From NCBI GenBank assembly GCA_051294375.1, contig CM119267.1, positions 8,187,951 to 8,251,950 on the forward strand: a stretch of 64,000 nucleotides of DNA, in the 5' to 3' direction. Each line of letters begins with the position of its first letter. Positions within the stretch are counted from its first letter, which is position 1. The position numbers and the translations under genes are program-made. Of the stretch, positions 40,385 through 52,746 are shown in pieces. The notes below the pieces were generated by a model that ran no database searches, was not told the origin of the DNA, and saw nothing but the letters and a program-made list of their open reading frames with translations. Source of the stretch: Paraspadella gotoi. Taxonomy: Eukaryota; Animalia; Chaetognatha.

Positions 40385-40531
40385 ATTCTGTCCGCCATTT
40401 TGTTGGCCTCAAACGAGGAAGGACGATGAAAGGGAGAAGAAGAAGGGAAAGGAACGGAAATTTCTCCTCCCTCGACCTCCGGAGCCTTCCGTCGTCGTCG
40501 TCGTCGTCGTCGTCGAACTCATGGTGACCAT
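40385..40531 (-). CDS. Candidate first exon of a second gene (poly-Thr then signal-peptide-like stretch)
   Basis: MVTMSSTTTTTTTTEGSGGRGRRNFRSFPFFFSLSSSFLV..., then a gtgagt donor; the frame near the end differs among the three copies. Confidence 0.3.
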
Positions 40532-40629
40532 GGTGAGAAGAAAATGGGCGAAATCAAAGAGATCCAAATGACGCAAACAAAATGACTGGGACCCAAAAAT
40601 GGTGTAACCATCGTTCATTGAGTGGGTAA

Positions 40630-40731
<102 letters not shown>

Positions 40732-41041
40732 CAGAGAAAAAGATTTAAACCAGAAGCAAGAGAAACATTAAAGAGGTCGGAAGAGAAACATTAAACTGTA
40801 AAGACAATAATTTAAAGATTTCAGCGATAAAGTTGATAAATTTCATTGTCAACTCTTTTCTGTCTTCTCAACTCATTATATCTCTGTCGAAAAATAACTC
40901 TCAACCCGTTCAGTCTCAACACACACGAAAACTTTTGTATTCATAAATAAAAAACAATGTCCACACGAATTTTTTGGCAGAATGAAAAACGGAATAATCG
41001 AAACCAATTAAATCGTGTAAAAAAAAATCATTCCCTTTCGT

Positions 41042-41422
41042 CTACATTCCTTCGTTTCTCGCGCTCGCGTCTCCACCCAAAGCGGCGCCAATTCCGGCGC
41101 GGAAGTTGCTCATCCACGCCCAACGCGTTGGCTCCTCTTCTTGCTCGAGGAGCGTGTCCCTCACGCCGAACGCTTCCTCCGTCTCCTGGCTTTTCTTCAT
41201 CGAAGATGTTTTCCCCCATCTGATCTCTACCTCCCTCTCGATCTCTGCTCCCCACAGCTTCTTTCTTTCCGACTCTTTCTCCTCGGCCTCCTCCACCCGC
41301 TCCTCCTCCTCCTCCTCCTTCTGACAGCCCCGCAATGCCGAAGCGAAGCGTGCGAGGACGACGGCGAAGCCGATGAGGATGACGAAGAGCGACGTCCAGA
41401 AGAGGGCCACCGTCAACTCCAC
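41042..41422 (-). CDS. Giant mucin-like gene: distal terminal exon with transmembrane helix and acidic cytoplasmic tail
   Basis: ttttcctccggaag|GTG (phase 0): VELTVALFWTSLFVILIGFAVVLARFASALRGCQKEEEEEE...EGM*. Confidence 0.65.
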   Translation of the reverse strand: MELTVALFWTSLFVILIGFAVVLARFASALRGCQKEEEEEERVEEAEEKESERKKLWGAEIEREVEIRWGKTSSMKKSQETEEAFGVRDTLLEQEEEPTRWAWMSNFRAGIGAALGGDASARNEGM

Positions 41423-41621
41423 CTTCCGGAGGAAAATTCATTAACCTTCGCTTAACTCAACCTTGACCTTATCACTAAATTTTCTCCTCAGAAATTAAAA
41501 TATAAAATTCTGATTCACTTCTTCTCTCGTCAACTTTGCTACTAGTCCATTGCCCATATCATCACAACATTTCTCTTATCTCTTTATCTCCTCTTTTTTT
41601 TTTTTCCACGCAGATACTCAC

Positions 41622-42298
41622 TTTCCTCCTCTGCTCCTCCTGACTTCGTGAATCCATCTTCTTCAAGTCTTGCTTCCTCTTCGGACGATTTTTCTTCGCC
41701 CCCGTCATCTCCATCGTCGTATCGTTTCTTGTCTCAGTTGAGTTGGCAGCGGTCTTTTCTTTTCCCCCAGCAACGGTGGACACGTTTGATCCGAACTCTT
41801 GCCGCTGCGCTTGATCTCCCAAAGTCGTCGAGGTAGTCTGAACTGCCACTTCCCCTTTCTTCTCGACCGGTCTCGACGGCCCACTCGTTTCATGAGCTTT
41901 CGTCGTCATTGTCGTTTCTTTCTTCGGCGCCATCTTGGTCTTCGTTGTCGTCAGCTTCGATGACGAGCTTGACTTCTGAACCATCGTCGTCTTTGTCATC
42001 TTCGTCGTCGGTTTCACGGTCGTCGCTGGCTTCGAACTGGACGCAGGCTTTGCCACGTGCTCGACCTCGGCTTTGATCCCGGGCGTAGACTTCAGCGTAG
42101 AGATCTCATTTCTCGAATCCTTATTTGTTTTCCCAGCGACTTCCGACCGTGACGTCAGACCAGGAGGCGTAGTCGGTCCGGCGCGGGAAGGCGGCGGCTG
42201 CGGCGGAGTCGAAGTCGGCTGCGGCGAGCGTTCGCTCTCTTGACTTAGAGGTGAATGAGTTGAATTTTCGACGTCGAATCCTTGTCCGTCCATGGTTC
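41622..42298 (-). CDS. Giant mucin-like gene: Ser/Thr/Lys-rich stalk exon
   Basis: acaaag|GA ACC ATG (phase 1) to AAA|gtgagt (phase 0, matching the TM exon); open in copy 3 only. Confidence 0.7.
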
Positions 42299-43009
42299 CT
42301 TTGTTGTCGATTTAAACCAAATAAGACTTAACACGGGTTAACCTTTACATTATTTTTTACATTTTACTTTAAAATAATACATTTTCTGATTTAGAGTGCC
42401 CATTTAGATTTCAAGATTTTTTTCGGTTATTAGGAAAAAAAAAAGGTTTTTCAAGTTTTCACTCGTCAAATTTTGTTTTCGCTAAGCCAAAATTGTGTTA
42501 AAAAAATTTAAATCAAAACACGGAAAATGAATGATCTCAATGTAGAAGTTGTAATTTAAACAATTCAATGGTAGAAGTGTGATGAACACGATAATCCGTA
42601 ACGAATTTGAAATGAAGCTTTAGACTCTTTCGTTATGGGTCGGCATCGCCGTAACACTGCGGCAATGCGGTTGACATCATTTGTATTAAATTATGTAATT
42701 CATATAATATATTTACGTTATTTTAACAAAAATGTAGTTAAAGAAATTCTTGAACCAAAAATGTCAAAAATTCCACTCAGTGATATCGAAGTACTAAAAG
42801 AATCAGCAATATCAAGGTGTTGCACCGCTGAGACAATATATGTGTATGCTCAACAAACAATTTATGGTTTATCACTTATCTGTTAATTATTATGTAAAAT
42901 AACTGTGTAACGCCAAATAATTTGCTCTCTATCTACGTGACCGCATTTCAACGTGCTTACGTGAATAAAGGTAAGAGTATGAGACATTAGCACAAAATGG
43001 GTATAATGA

Positions 43010-43190
43010 TACCTCATGTCTATACCAAGTATCAACTAAAATGAAGTAAGTACTTACTATAATAATACAGTAATACTAAGAGATGATCATTTATAACAAA
43101 AGTGGGACAGACCGATAGACAACCAGACCGACCAACTGACACCAATTTTCGCATTGAGTTGCTTCGCGAGTACTCGCTGAGCAACTAAAA
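43010..43190 (+). mobile_element. Helentron/DINE-1-like non-autonomous repeat (related copies ~52400-52530 and ~60535-60600)
   Basis: GACC/GACA-rich tract, then terminal palindrome AGTTGCT-TC-GCGAGTACTCGC-TG-AGCAACT and an A-run; the TACCAA.TAT.AACTAAAAT motif is shared with the 52.4-kb copy. Confidence 0.45.
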
Positions 43191-43245
43191 ATACACGTTA
43201 ACATTTTTTTGGCAAAAAAATGAAATGACGTCAACCGCATGACGT

Positions 43246-43330
43246 TTAAGCGAGAATCTTTGGAGAGGACGTAAATGACTCCGCCAAGAATGAGTATGGC
43301 CGCGACGAGATAAATCGCCGTTTCCCATTT
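43246..43330 (-). CDS. Giant mucin-like gene: proximal alternative terminal exon, TM helix with almost no tail
   Basis: tttttgtcatcag|KWETAIYLVAAILILGGVIYVLSKDLA*; the GAT CTC GCT TAA ending is seen in copies 1 and 2, and copy 3 has one extra base. Confidence 0.6.
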
Positions 43331-43398
43331 CTGATGACAAAAAAAAAGGAAATGGTAAGGAGTAGCGGAATAAGAGGCAACTTGAGATCGAAACTCAC

Positions 43399-43448
43399 CC
43401 AAGCCGGATTCCACACTTCCACCTTTGTAGTCGAGTTGGCAGGAACGC
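43399..43448 (-). CDS. Giant mucin-like gene: linker exon to the proximal TM exon
   Basis: aattttcag|GC GTT...TGG|gtgagt, phase 1 to 0, GVPANSTTKVEVWNPAW; strong splice sites. Confidence 0.6.
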
Positions 43449-43713
43449 CTGAAAATTTTTGAAGAATTGAATCACAAAAGTAGAGATTTATTCATGACCA
43501 GACCCATAATGAGCCTGCCAGCGAGAAATTTTGCCTGGCATTCGGGGAATGCTGCTACAACTGGGTAAATCGGCCTCTCAGGACATAATCTCATTCGCAT
43601 ACAATACTTTAATTGGGTCCGTCAAAAAATCGAAATTCGTATCGAATGAAAAATTGTTCTCTCAAGGCTTTCAGTGAATGTTTTATATATATATATGTAT
43701 ATAAAGCTCTAAC

Positions 43714-43803
43714 CTTTATTATGATCTCTCAACGCCGCTCGTTCTTTTCGCTTTCGTTCTCGTCTCTCCTCCTTAGTTTCTCTCTTTTGTCTCGACGCTC
43801 GTT
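43714..43803 (-). CDS. Giant mucin-like gene: basic exon with RQKR site
   Basis: gttcag|AA...AAA G|gttaga, 90 nt, ERASRQKRETKEERRERKRKERAALRDHNK. Confidence 0.6.
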
Positions 43804-44044
43804 CTGAACACAAGGTGGTAAAACCGAGTGTTGAGAGCTCAGTCTTTTTTTCCGCCACATTTGAGAAGAAAACTTTAATGACTTTAATGGTCCCGGTTCA
43901 TCACACTGAATATTCTCAGGGTAAAAATTCGTCACTCGTACTTAAGTTTTCTCGATTATTCGTCTTCAAACGTTACGTATTTTCAAACAAAAGATCAAAG
44001 TCCAATCTTTCTAATCTCAGTTCGACCGCTCGAGTTCGAAGTTA

Positions 44045-44084
<40 letters not shown>

Positions 44085-44091
44085 GGGAAAA

Positions 44092-44141
<50 letters not shown>

Positions 44142-44314
44142 GCGAGAAATAGCGAGAAAGAATGAACTAGAAAGTGATTTTTTAATCGGCTTCCGATTCT
44201 GCATCTAGATGATTAACCGGCTTTTGGTTATCTCTACTATTTCGTTTTTTAGTACATCACTTTATGATTTTAGTATGATTTAAGTACTTTATAAAGAGAG
44301 AAAAACCTTTTTAC

Positions 44315-44392
44315 CTTCCTCCTGTTCTGCCGCCGCCTTTCCTTTTTCTTCTTCCCTCTTCATTTCGTTTAACGATTTCTCTGCGTCAATTC
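44315..44392 (-). CDS. Giant mucin-like gene: short charged exon
   Basis: caacag|GA...GAA G|gtaaaa, 78 nt, GIDAEKSLNEMKREEEKGKAAAEQEE. Confidence 0.6.
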
Positions 44393-44640
44393 CTGTTGTC
44401 AATTTGAAGAAAATATAAAATTAAGAAATTGGTAACTTCGCCGTCACATAGAATCCTATGTGGGTATGTAGGTTTGTATGTATCGGATGTAGGTGAATTA
44501 AAATACAGGATAAACGTGGGAGAGAGAGAGAGAGAGAGGCGAATACGAATACGAATTTCCTTTGTTCATTCTTTCGTTCCTTCGTTATTATTTATTATTT
44601 ATTTATTTATCAATTTTGTTCATTATCCAAAATTTATTAC

Positions 44641-44706
44641 CGTCAGCCGGCTTTCCAGTTTCTCCGACCTTCTTGGCACCAAGCTTCTGTCTCGAGGCTT
44701 TCATCT
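44641..44706 (-). CDS. Giant mucin-like gene: short exon
   Basis: catttcag|AG...GAC G|gtaata, 66 nt, MKASRQKLGAKKVGETGKPAD. Confidence 0.65.
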
Positions 44707-44789
44707 CTGAAATGGAGATAAGATAAAACATAAAAATACTTCCAGAAGCGATATTAAAAAAACATTTTCATTAACATTGCGCAACCTAC

Positions 44790-46139
44790 TTCGGTTGCGA
44801 TGATGTTTTTCGTTTTTCCGACCGTCGTCGCCGGCGTTATCGTCGCTCTCGGTGTCTTCAACGTCGTCACTTTCCATCTGATCGGCCTCAACCTTCGTCT
44901 CCTTCTTATCCCCCTCCTTTTTTGGCATTTTTTGGGCTACAATATCTTGGTCATCGTCGCTAAAATTGTCATCGCTATTCTCGCTGTCGTAACTGTCCGC
45001 CTCCCGGTCATCCTCTTCGTTCGCTGCTCGTTGAACCTCCTTTTGACTTTGTTGGCTGTTGTCGTCGTTATCTTCTTCAGATTCGGCAGCTTGGTCCTCA
45101 TCAACGGCGGCTCGTTGTTCGTTGTCGTCCTCGTTGTCGGCTTCGTCCTCGGTGTTGGCGTTGTCTGTGCTGGCGTCGTCGTCAATGGCGTCCTCTGGAT
45201 TTGAAAGTCGATTATCCGGTTTACCCTTGTATCCCGGTGGACGTGGCTCGTCCACGGCATCATAGCGATCATCTGCCTCTTCACTGACGTCCGAGTATTC
45301 GGTTGTCGTTGGTGGCTTTCGAACGGGCGCCGTTTCACCAGGCGGAGCAGGATATCCCGGAGCTTCCGTTACTCCCGGTTCAGTCTGTATTACTGGTCGA
45401 GGGCCAGGTGTCACCCTTTTGCAGCTCAGCAATTCAGTGGTCGTCTTTGGAGCCTCGAGAGTGGTGGTTTTCTCAGTCATTGTTGTTGTTGTTGTTGTTG
45501 TTTTTTTCGTTGTCGGCCTCATCGTTTCATTGGGATTAGGTTTAGTTGTAGCCTCAGTCTGCAAAATCGTCGTTGTAATTGTGGGCTTTGTTTCATTTCG
45601 CGTTGCAGCTGCTGCTGGAGTCACCTTTGAAGTCCCGTTAGCAGCACCCCCACCACCATTTTCTGTTTCATTTCCAGACCCACCATTTGCAGTCCCGTTT
45701 TTCGCTCCAGCATTGGGAGACAAAGTTGATGGTGTCACTAGCGTGGACGCTCCTGCTAAAGTAGTTGCTGCAGCGACGGTTGCAGTTGTTGCCGCAGCCA
45801 TCGTAGAACTTCCTGGCACATTTGTTGCCGCTGCCAATGTTGTAACGGCTGCAGGCGTTTGCGCTGGAGTAAATGTTGTTCCTCCTGCCACAGTTGTTGC
45901 AGCGGCAGTAGTTACTTCCGTAATTGTTGAAGCCACAGTTGTAACAATTGTCGTAGAGGTTGCTTCTGTCTCTGACGTAGTTGGCTCTTCAGTTGTTGTT
46001 TGAGGAGTTATTGCTGGTTCTGTAGGTGTGGTCGTTCCGGGGGTTGGTGCAGGGTCCGTAGTTGCTGCCATCCGCATGGCCACTTCGTCCGACTGACCAT
46101 CCATGAATCCTCGATCGTTCATTTTTTGAGGCACTTTGT
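44790..46139 (-). CDS. Giant mucin-like gene: Thr/Ala mucin plus Asp/Glu-rich exon
   Basis: Lies within the 477-aa ORF; ctcaag|AC...CGA A|gtaggt, 1350 nt, phase 1-1. Confidence 0.85.
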
Positions 46140-47219
46140 CTTGAGTTCAAAGGATAAGAAAAGAATATAAATAAAAATCAAGTTTAGAGAGCATACTATA
46201 CTTTAAAATTTTTAATTAGTCGAGACTGCTTACTGCATAACGACTCTATATTTCACTTTGTCGGTTTGTTCGTCCACCCCAACCACCAAAACTGTGTTCA
46301 CCGTTACAACATTAATAACTACTAAAATAATAACAGCAATAGCAACTACAACAATTAAAATAACAACTACCACAGCCACAACGGCAACAAAAACTACAGG
46401 TAGGTCTACAAAATATGTAAAAATTCGTTTGTTCTAATTTTTTATTTCGTTTGAAAGTAAAAAAAATAATTTTAAAATGGTTTACAACAACGACGTTTTT
46501 ATTTTCTAAAAATTCGAATTAAAAACACAAGTAAGCAGATACTAAATCTGCTTAAGATTTTCCTCTATGGTTGACTGACACACGTCAGGTTGATTTGAAA
46601 TCTGTCTAATAATTTTTTTTTAAGAAAAAAAAAGACCAATGCTAAAGAAAATTTGAATTCAATTTGATGTCAATTTTTTTGTGTTTTCGGTGACTATACA
46701 AAGCTAAGACAACAGAGACTTTACAAATGTTTGAGAAAAACGACAAGTGATGAAAAAGTATTATTTACTGCATGATCCGATTTGTATTGTCGCGCAATAT
46801 GGACATCGTTTGAAAGCTAAGATCAAGTAATTTTTAAACAAGTTCTTTTTATTCTAAATTAACCCATTTTCGGATAGTTACGCCTAAATTATAGCTAGAA
46901 AGATCTGGATCTTCTGAATGACAACAACAATACCTTTTACAATAACAAAAACGAAAGAGACCACTCCAAAAAATTAAATGCCCAAAAAAATCAATAAAAA
47001 TTATATAAATAAATTGATATCCCATACATCAAAAAGAACCAAAATTGATTATTTTTCAAAATGAGTTGCATAATGAATAAGCATCAATCAATTAAAAATC
47101 AGATGTCAGAATAAAAAAAGAAGTCAGAAATTAAAAAAAAATTATATTTATCGATTAGCTCATTTTGCTGAAAATGGTTTGCAGTCTCAACATTGTTTGT
47201 ACTTACTATTTGCACACAC

Positions 47220-50200
47220 CTGGTTTTGGACCAGCGACGCCAGAATTAGGAATTGTGTTTGAGGCATTTTTTATTCGCCAAGAAGTTTGTCTGACACTCT
47301 CGTCATCGACTGTCTCACTTCCTTGGTTCTGTTGTGGAATGATATTTGGACTATTAATAGTGTTTTCTTTTGTTTTGAGCTTCAAGCTTGATTTGAACTC
47401 TGAATTAAGTTTTTTCTGCCCGTTTTGAAGTTCATTTTCATATTTCTTATTCAAAATTTCATTGTTTATTGATACTGGTAAAGAACCAGAACTTTCAGCA
47501 ACATCAACCTCTTGCATTCCTGTTGAAACTGGATATAAATCATTTACTTTTTCCAATGTTAGTTTATTACCTGAGGAAGTCAAAATTTTGTTTAGTTTAC
47601 TCCCTGAAACTACATTTAAACTGTTTTGATTGTCAGAAGATATAGCGTGTTCACTCATTTGACTGTTAGTATCAGAATCTTTAATTATATCTGCAGCTTT
47701 TTTCCTTTTCAATTCGTCTTCAGATGATTTTAATACTGATATTAAGTTTGAGCTAGCATAATCAATTGTATCTGATTTTTTATTATTATTTTGTTGGTTA
47801 TCAAACTCTTTATTCTCCAAAACGTTTTGAACTAAATTTGGATCATCTTCACTGCTTTGCTTGTTTTTAGCCTTTTGAACAAGATTTAGTGATTTAAGAA
47901 GAGTTTTCAACTTTACTGTCAAACTGTTTTGTTGATCTTCATTAATTTTTAATCCAGCATCTTTATTTTGGACAATATCTTCTTCCTGATTTCTTAATGA
48001 AGAAGATTCAGAATTTTGCACATTATCAGCAGATTTTTTAACATTTAGTACTTTATATGCATTATTATCATACAAGGAGTCTTGAATTTCATTGACATTT
48101 TTTTTTTGATTGTCAAGTAAAGGTAATTTTTCAGTTATTAGGCTGTTTTGATGGGTTTTACTAATAAAATCAGTATTTGGATTTATATCTTCTATTTTAT
48201 TTTGTTTTATATTCAAAGATGCTTTAATATTGCTTTGTTGATTTTCGTTTGATGAAGTTTTTTGATTTACGTTAATATTTGGACCATTTTTTTGGGTTTC
48301 TAGTGAGGTTAATGAAAAAGGAGTTTCTTGATCTGCTTTTCTTTCTTTTTCAGTTTCTATTGAAGCTAAATTTAGATTTTTGGTGTTTTTTTCTGAATTT
48401 CGGTTAATGTTTTTTTTTTTATCTGTTATTACTTTAAAGTTAGATTCCAAACCCACTTTTTTTATACTTTGATGTTGGTTTTTTGCTAACGGTTCTTCCA
48501 AATTAAAGTTATTAATTGATCCAATATTTTTTACATCATCCGATGTAATAGTATCTTCATTATTATCAATACTCGAACCAGACTTTTGAATAACATTTTT
48601 CAAGCTTTCTAATATTTTTGACTTTTTAAAATTTTTAATTTGGTTTTCTGCTGATGCTAATTCATTATCTATGTTATTATTCAAATCACTATTCAAATCA
48701 CTACTGTATTCTTTTTCAAATGAAACCATTTTATTGTCAAAGCCTTTTTTTGTATCTTTTGTCTGAAAAGGAAAACCTGATGTTTCTCCTTTCTGAACTC
48801 CATTGACAGAAAGTTTTTGTTGATTATCCAAAGATTCAGAGTACTGATTTTGATTCAAGTTATCTATTGGAAAAACTGAGTTTTGTTCATCATATGTATT
48901 TAAACTACTTTCAGGAAAATGAAATTCGTCATCTGCTAACTTTTTACTTTTCACAGTTTTTAGCTGCAAATCAGAATTACTATTCCACAAATCATCTTGA
49001 GGTACTTCCACAGCTTTCTCATCATTAGCTTTCAGTAGTCTTTCTGAAAATTTAATTGGCTGATTTAAATTATTATTTTGTATATCATCATTATTTTTTT
49101 TTGATTCAGTGTTCATTACTTTATGAGGTAATTCTCTTTCATTGTTTATTAACTCTAAATTTGAATTAACATCATTATACAAATAAGAGTTTTCTAAGGC
49201 ATCAATTTTACCATTACCATTTTGTTGTTTGTCAATGAATGAAATATCAGATTTTTCAGAACCAGGCTGATTTTCTATCAATTCATTTTCTTTTATTGCA
49301 GCAGAATTAGGTTGGTTGTCACTAAACCCAGACTGTTCAGAATCCGGATTCATATTAATATTCCACTGTGATTTTGGTAAGTTATCAGCAGTTCTTGCAT
49401 GTTGCATATCATTTTGCCAGCTATCTTTTAATGGCATATCATAATCTTCTAGTTGATTGTCCCATCCAAATGATTTTTTTTTGGTATCTGAATAACTATT
49501 TAAGCTTGTTATTCCAATATTTGATAATTCATCTGCATCATTTAGTTTTTTTTCTACACTGCTTTCCATTAATCTATTGTTACTTATTTCTGAATTCATG
49601 TCAATTTTCGATAAAGGATTTTGAAAATCATCTACTGTATTTTCATAATTATTAACAATACTACTATGTTGATCATTAACTATATTAATTTTTGGAACAT
49701 GTTCATTTATTATATCATTTTTAAACTTTTTAAAATCTTCCATTTTAAGGCTATTTGCTGTCACTATCGGTTTTATTTCTAAAGAATTTTCTTTACTTTT
49801 AAAAGGTTCCATACTTTTATCATTTTTTCTTTCATTGTTTTCTAATTCATCTGCAGCACTTTGTAATTTCTTAATAAGCCTTTTATTATTTCTTTCATGA
49901 GTTACTTTTCCAATTTCCTCCTGAATCTCGCGGTTTAAAAGAGCATTTCTCCACTCATCTAACGTTTCTTGCTTTCTTATCAAATCACTCGAATCAAAGA
50001 CATTTTGTTGATCATCAACATTTCCAGAATTGGATTGACCATTAGACAAAAAATCCCCACTTTTTACTGTAGCTGCAACATTTTCCTTTGATGCAGATTT
50101 TGTATTGATATCATTGTTCCCGAGAAAACTAGATGAATCATCAGCTTCTGCTTGCAGTTTTCCATTACTTTTAAGTTTCATTTTTCGTTCATCAGAAGCA

Positions 50201-51593
50201 AGCTTATGATGTAAATGTTTTTTTTTATTTCTAAAATGCTTAATTTTCTTATGTTTTTTTTTGTTTGAAGATAACTTTGACAAAGGCTCTTCTTGAAAAA
50301 AAATCTTTGAATCATAGATATTCTTAAGATGTTTTTTTCGGTGATTTTTCCTTTTTTCAATCTTTTTATCTTTTTCTGAATACAGCCTGTCATTTTTATA
50401 ATCATAATTTTCATTAATAAAGTCTTCTTTATTTATTTTTTTGCCTTTTTTTTTTAGCTTTGAATATAATTTATACTGATTGTCACGGGCGTCCCCAGAT
50501 ATTTCTGATGGATTATTTAAATTATCTTCAAGATCTTTTTTATCTTCCTCTGCAGTTCTTTCAAAGTGTTTCAATTCATGAATCTTTCTCTTTTCTTCAT
50601 CATTTTTCTCAAACATTTTATTCATATGTAAATCTTCATATTCTTTTGACATGGCTATTTTTTTATCCCACTTATCTTCATTCCCAAATTTTTTCCCTTT
50701 TTTATTAAAATATTGATCGTTCATCTCTGATGATTTGTCATGCAGCTCTTCCCTCTTCATCTGATTAATCTCCTTTTCTATCATCCTATCTACTGCTTCC
50801 TCTTCAATTCCCAGTTTTTTTATCTTTTTCTCCATTGTTTTCATATTTTTTTTATGCAATTCATGTTTTCTCTTTTTATCTTTTTTTTTATTTGACTTCT
50901 TTTTATCTAAATCTTTTTCCTTTATATTTTGTTTGTTTGTATTTTGTTCAAAATTTTTATCCTCTTCTTCCACATTTTTTTTATCAAATAATCTTTGCTT
51001 CTTCTTTAAATTCTTTTTCTTGGCCCGCGTTCTTTCTTCTATAAACCCGTTTTTACTTTTACTTGATAACTTTTTTTTAAAACCATTTTCCTTTTTCCTT
51101 TCCAGTGTGCTCTTTTTAGTAAGCTTTCTGTCCTTATTCTTTCTTCTAGTATCTTTATTTTTGTCTGAATTATTAATTATTTTGTCAGATAATTGTTCCA
51201 TTTTGGCCATCCGCTTTTCTTTATATTCTCGGCTCATATCTTTCCATAAATGAGGCTCGATTTCAGACTCTCTGCTGTCAAGGCTTCGTTTTCTGCGAAA
51301 TAATGGACCAAAGGTTTCGATTCTCCTATTATTTTTAAACATCTGATCTTTTTTTATGAAATTAAGCGGGGCCCCAGTAAAGGGTTCGGTGGTATGCTTA
51401 GTATGAATTGGATCGGCGCCTTCAGACGAGGCGGTATTAGGGGTAGTGGGCGGTTTTGTAAACTTAGGAGTGAGTGTGGTTGATTTAAAAGGATTGTATG
51501 GATCCGAAATATTAGAGGTTTTATTCTTGTTGATACTGAGCCTGTGTTTCAATTTATCACTGGTTTGAAATTTTTCCAATCTAGCGGTGATTT
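47220..51593 (-). CDS. Giant mucin-like gene: 4.4-kb low-complexity Lys/Asn/Asp/Ser-rich exon
   Basis: 1469-aa ORF in very AT-rich DNA; ttccttcacag|AA acceptor and CCA G|gtgtgt donor give 4374 nt, phase 1-1. It could instead terminate at TAG 47206. Confidence 0.85.
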
Positions 51594-52746
51594 CTGTGAA
51601 GGAAGATCGATTCATTAGGTAATGCTAGGTATAAAATAAATCTTAGCACAAGAGTGTTATTTGCATTTAAAGCGTCGAATGAAAACTTGAAAATTTGGTT
51701 TCAAAATTTAATAAAACTTGTGAAACTTGTGAAATTTTCACTTTAATTTTTATACAAATATTTTTGATTCAATTGAAACTTGCTGTTAATAAAAGACATG
51801 TTTTGCTGTTTACATATTTCTAAACTATGCTTCTTCTCTCGAAATTATATTTTATTTTAGAAAAGTTATATAAAACTTATCTTATACAAAGCATCAAAAT
51901 ACACTGTTTCATAAATATTATATTAAGTAGAAAATTTCTATTGTACAATAAAATCAATGTTAAAACAGTTACAACAGTTAACTTTAAATCCTAAAATTTA
52001 ATTTTTTTAAAATTTTTTAATCTATTTGTGTCATAAATTGTATCCCCTCAATTAATTTCTTTGAAACAATTTTATCTTTCGAAGGACAATTAATTTTTGC
52101 AAAGTCAAGAGAGGTCATGAGTATTGGGATAACTTCTGTATTACAATGAAATTAAATTGGTAATACGATTTACAGAAATTCTAATATTAAATTTTATGCC
52201 AGTAAACATTATGACGTCTATGAAAAGTCGCCTCAATTATTTTATAAAATGAGATTGGTAATTCCAATCCTAATTGGCGCTGTGTACAGTAGCGTCCTCT
52301 AAGAATTTCTTAGATGCAAGCTTTATGTAATGAATTTTAAAGGAGTTCATGTAACTTCACAAGTATGATATATATGCACGTTAGTTGTCTTATGTTACCT
52401 TACTTTCATACCAAATATGAACTAAAATGATGAAGTATTGCCCGAATTTTTAATATAATTGGGATAGATCGAGAAACAGACATACTGACCGACCAAAAAG
52501 TTACTTATTGAGTTGCTCTGCGAGTACTTTCGGTTTCGTAAAATAAGTTTCGTAAAATAAGTTTCGTATTATCGCAGGAAATCAGTAGATGGATCTGATA
52601 GACTGGTTTGGCTCTCTTGGCTTTTACGTCTTTTCTTCTGATTAATCACGCCTACTATCCTTCGTTGTTATCTTTAAAGATATAAAATTTTTTTAAAAAT
52701 TTAAATACCTTTAAAAGGAAAAACTTTAAAAAAGGTGATAATTTAC

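Noticed and set aside
45419-46003. Plus-strand Val-rich ORFs (also 59693-60169 and 63446-63739)
   Set aside because: Antisense shadows of Thr-rich codons on the minus strand.
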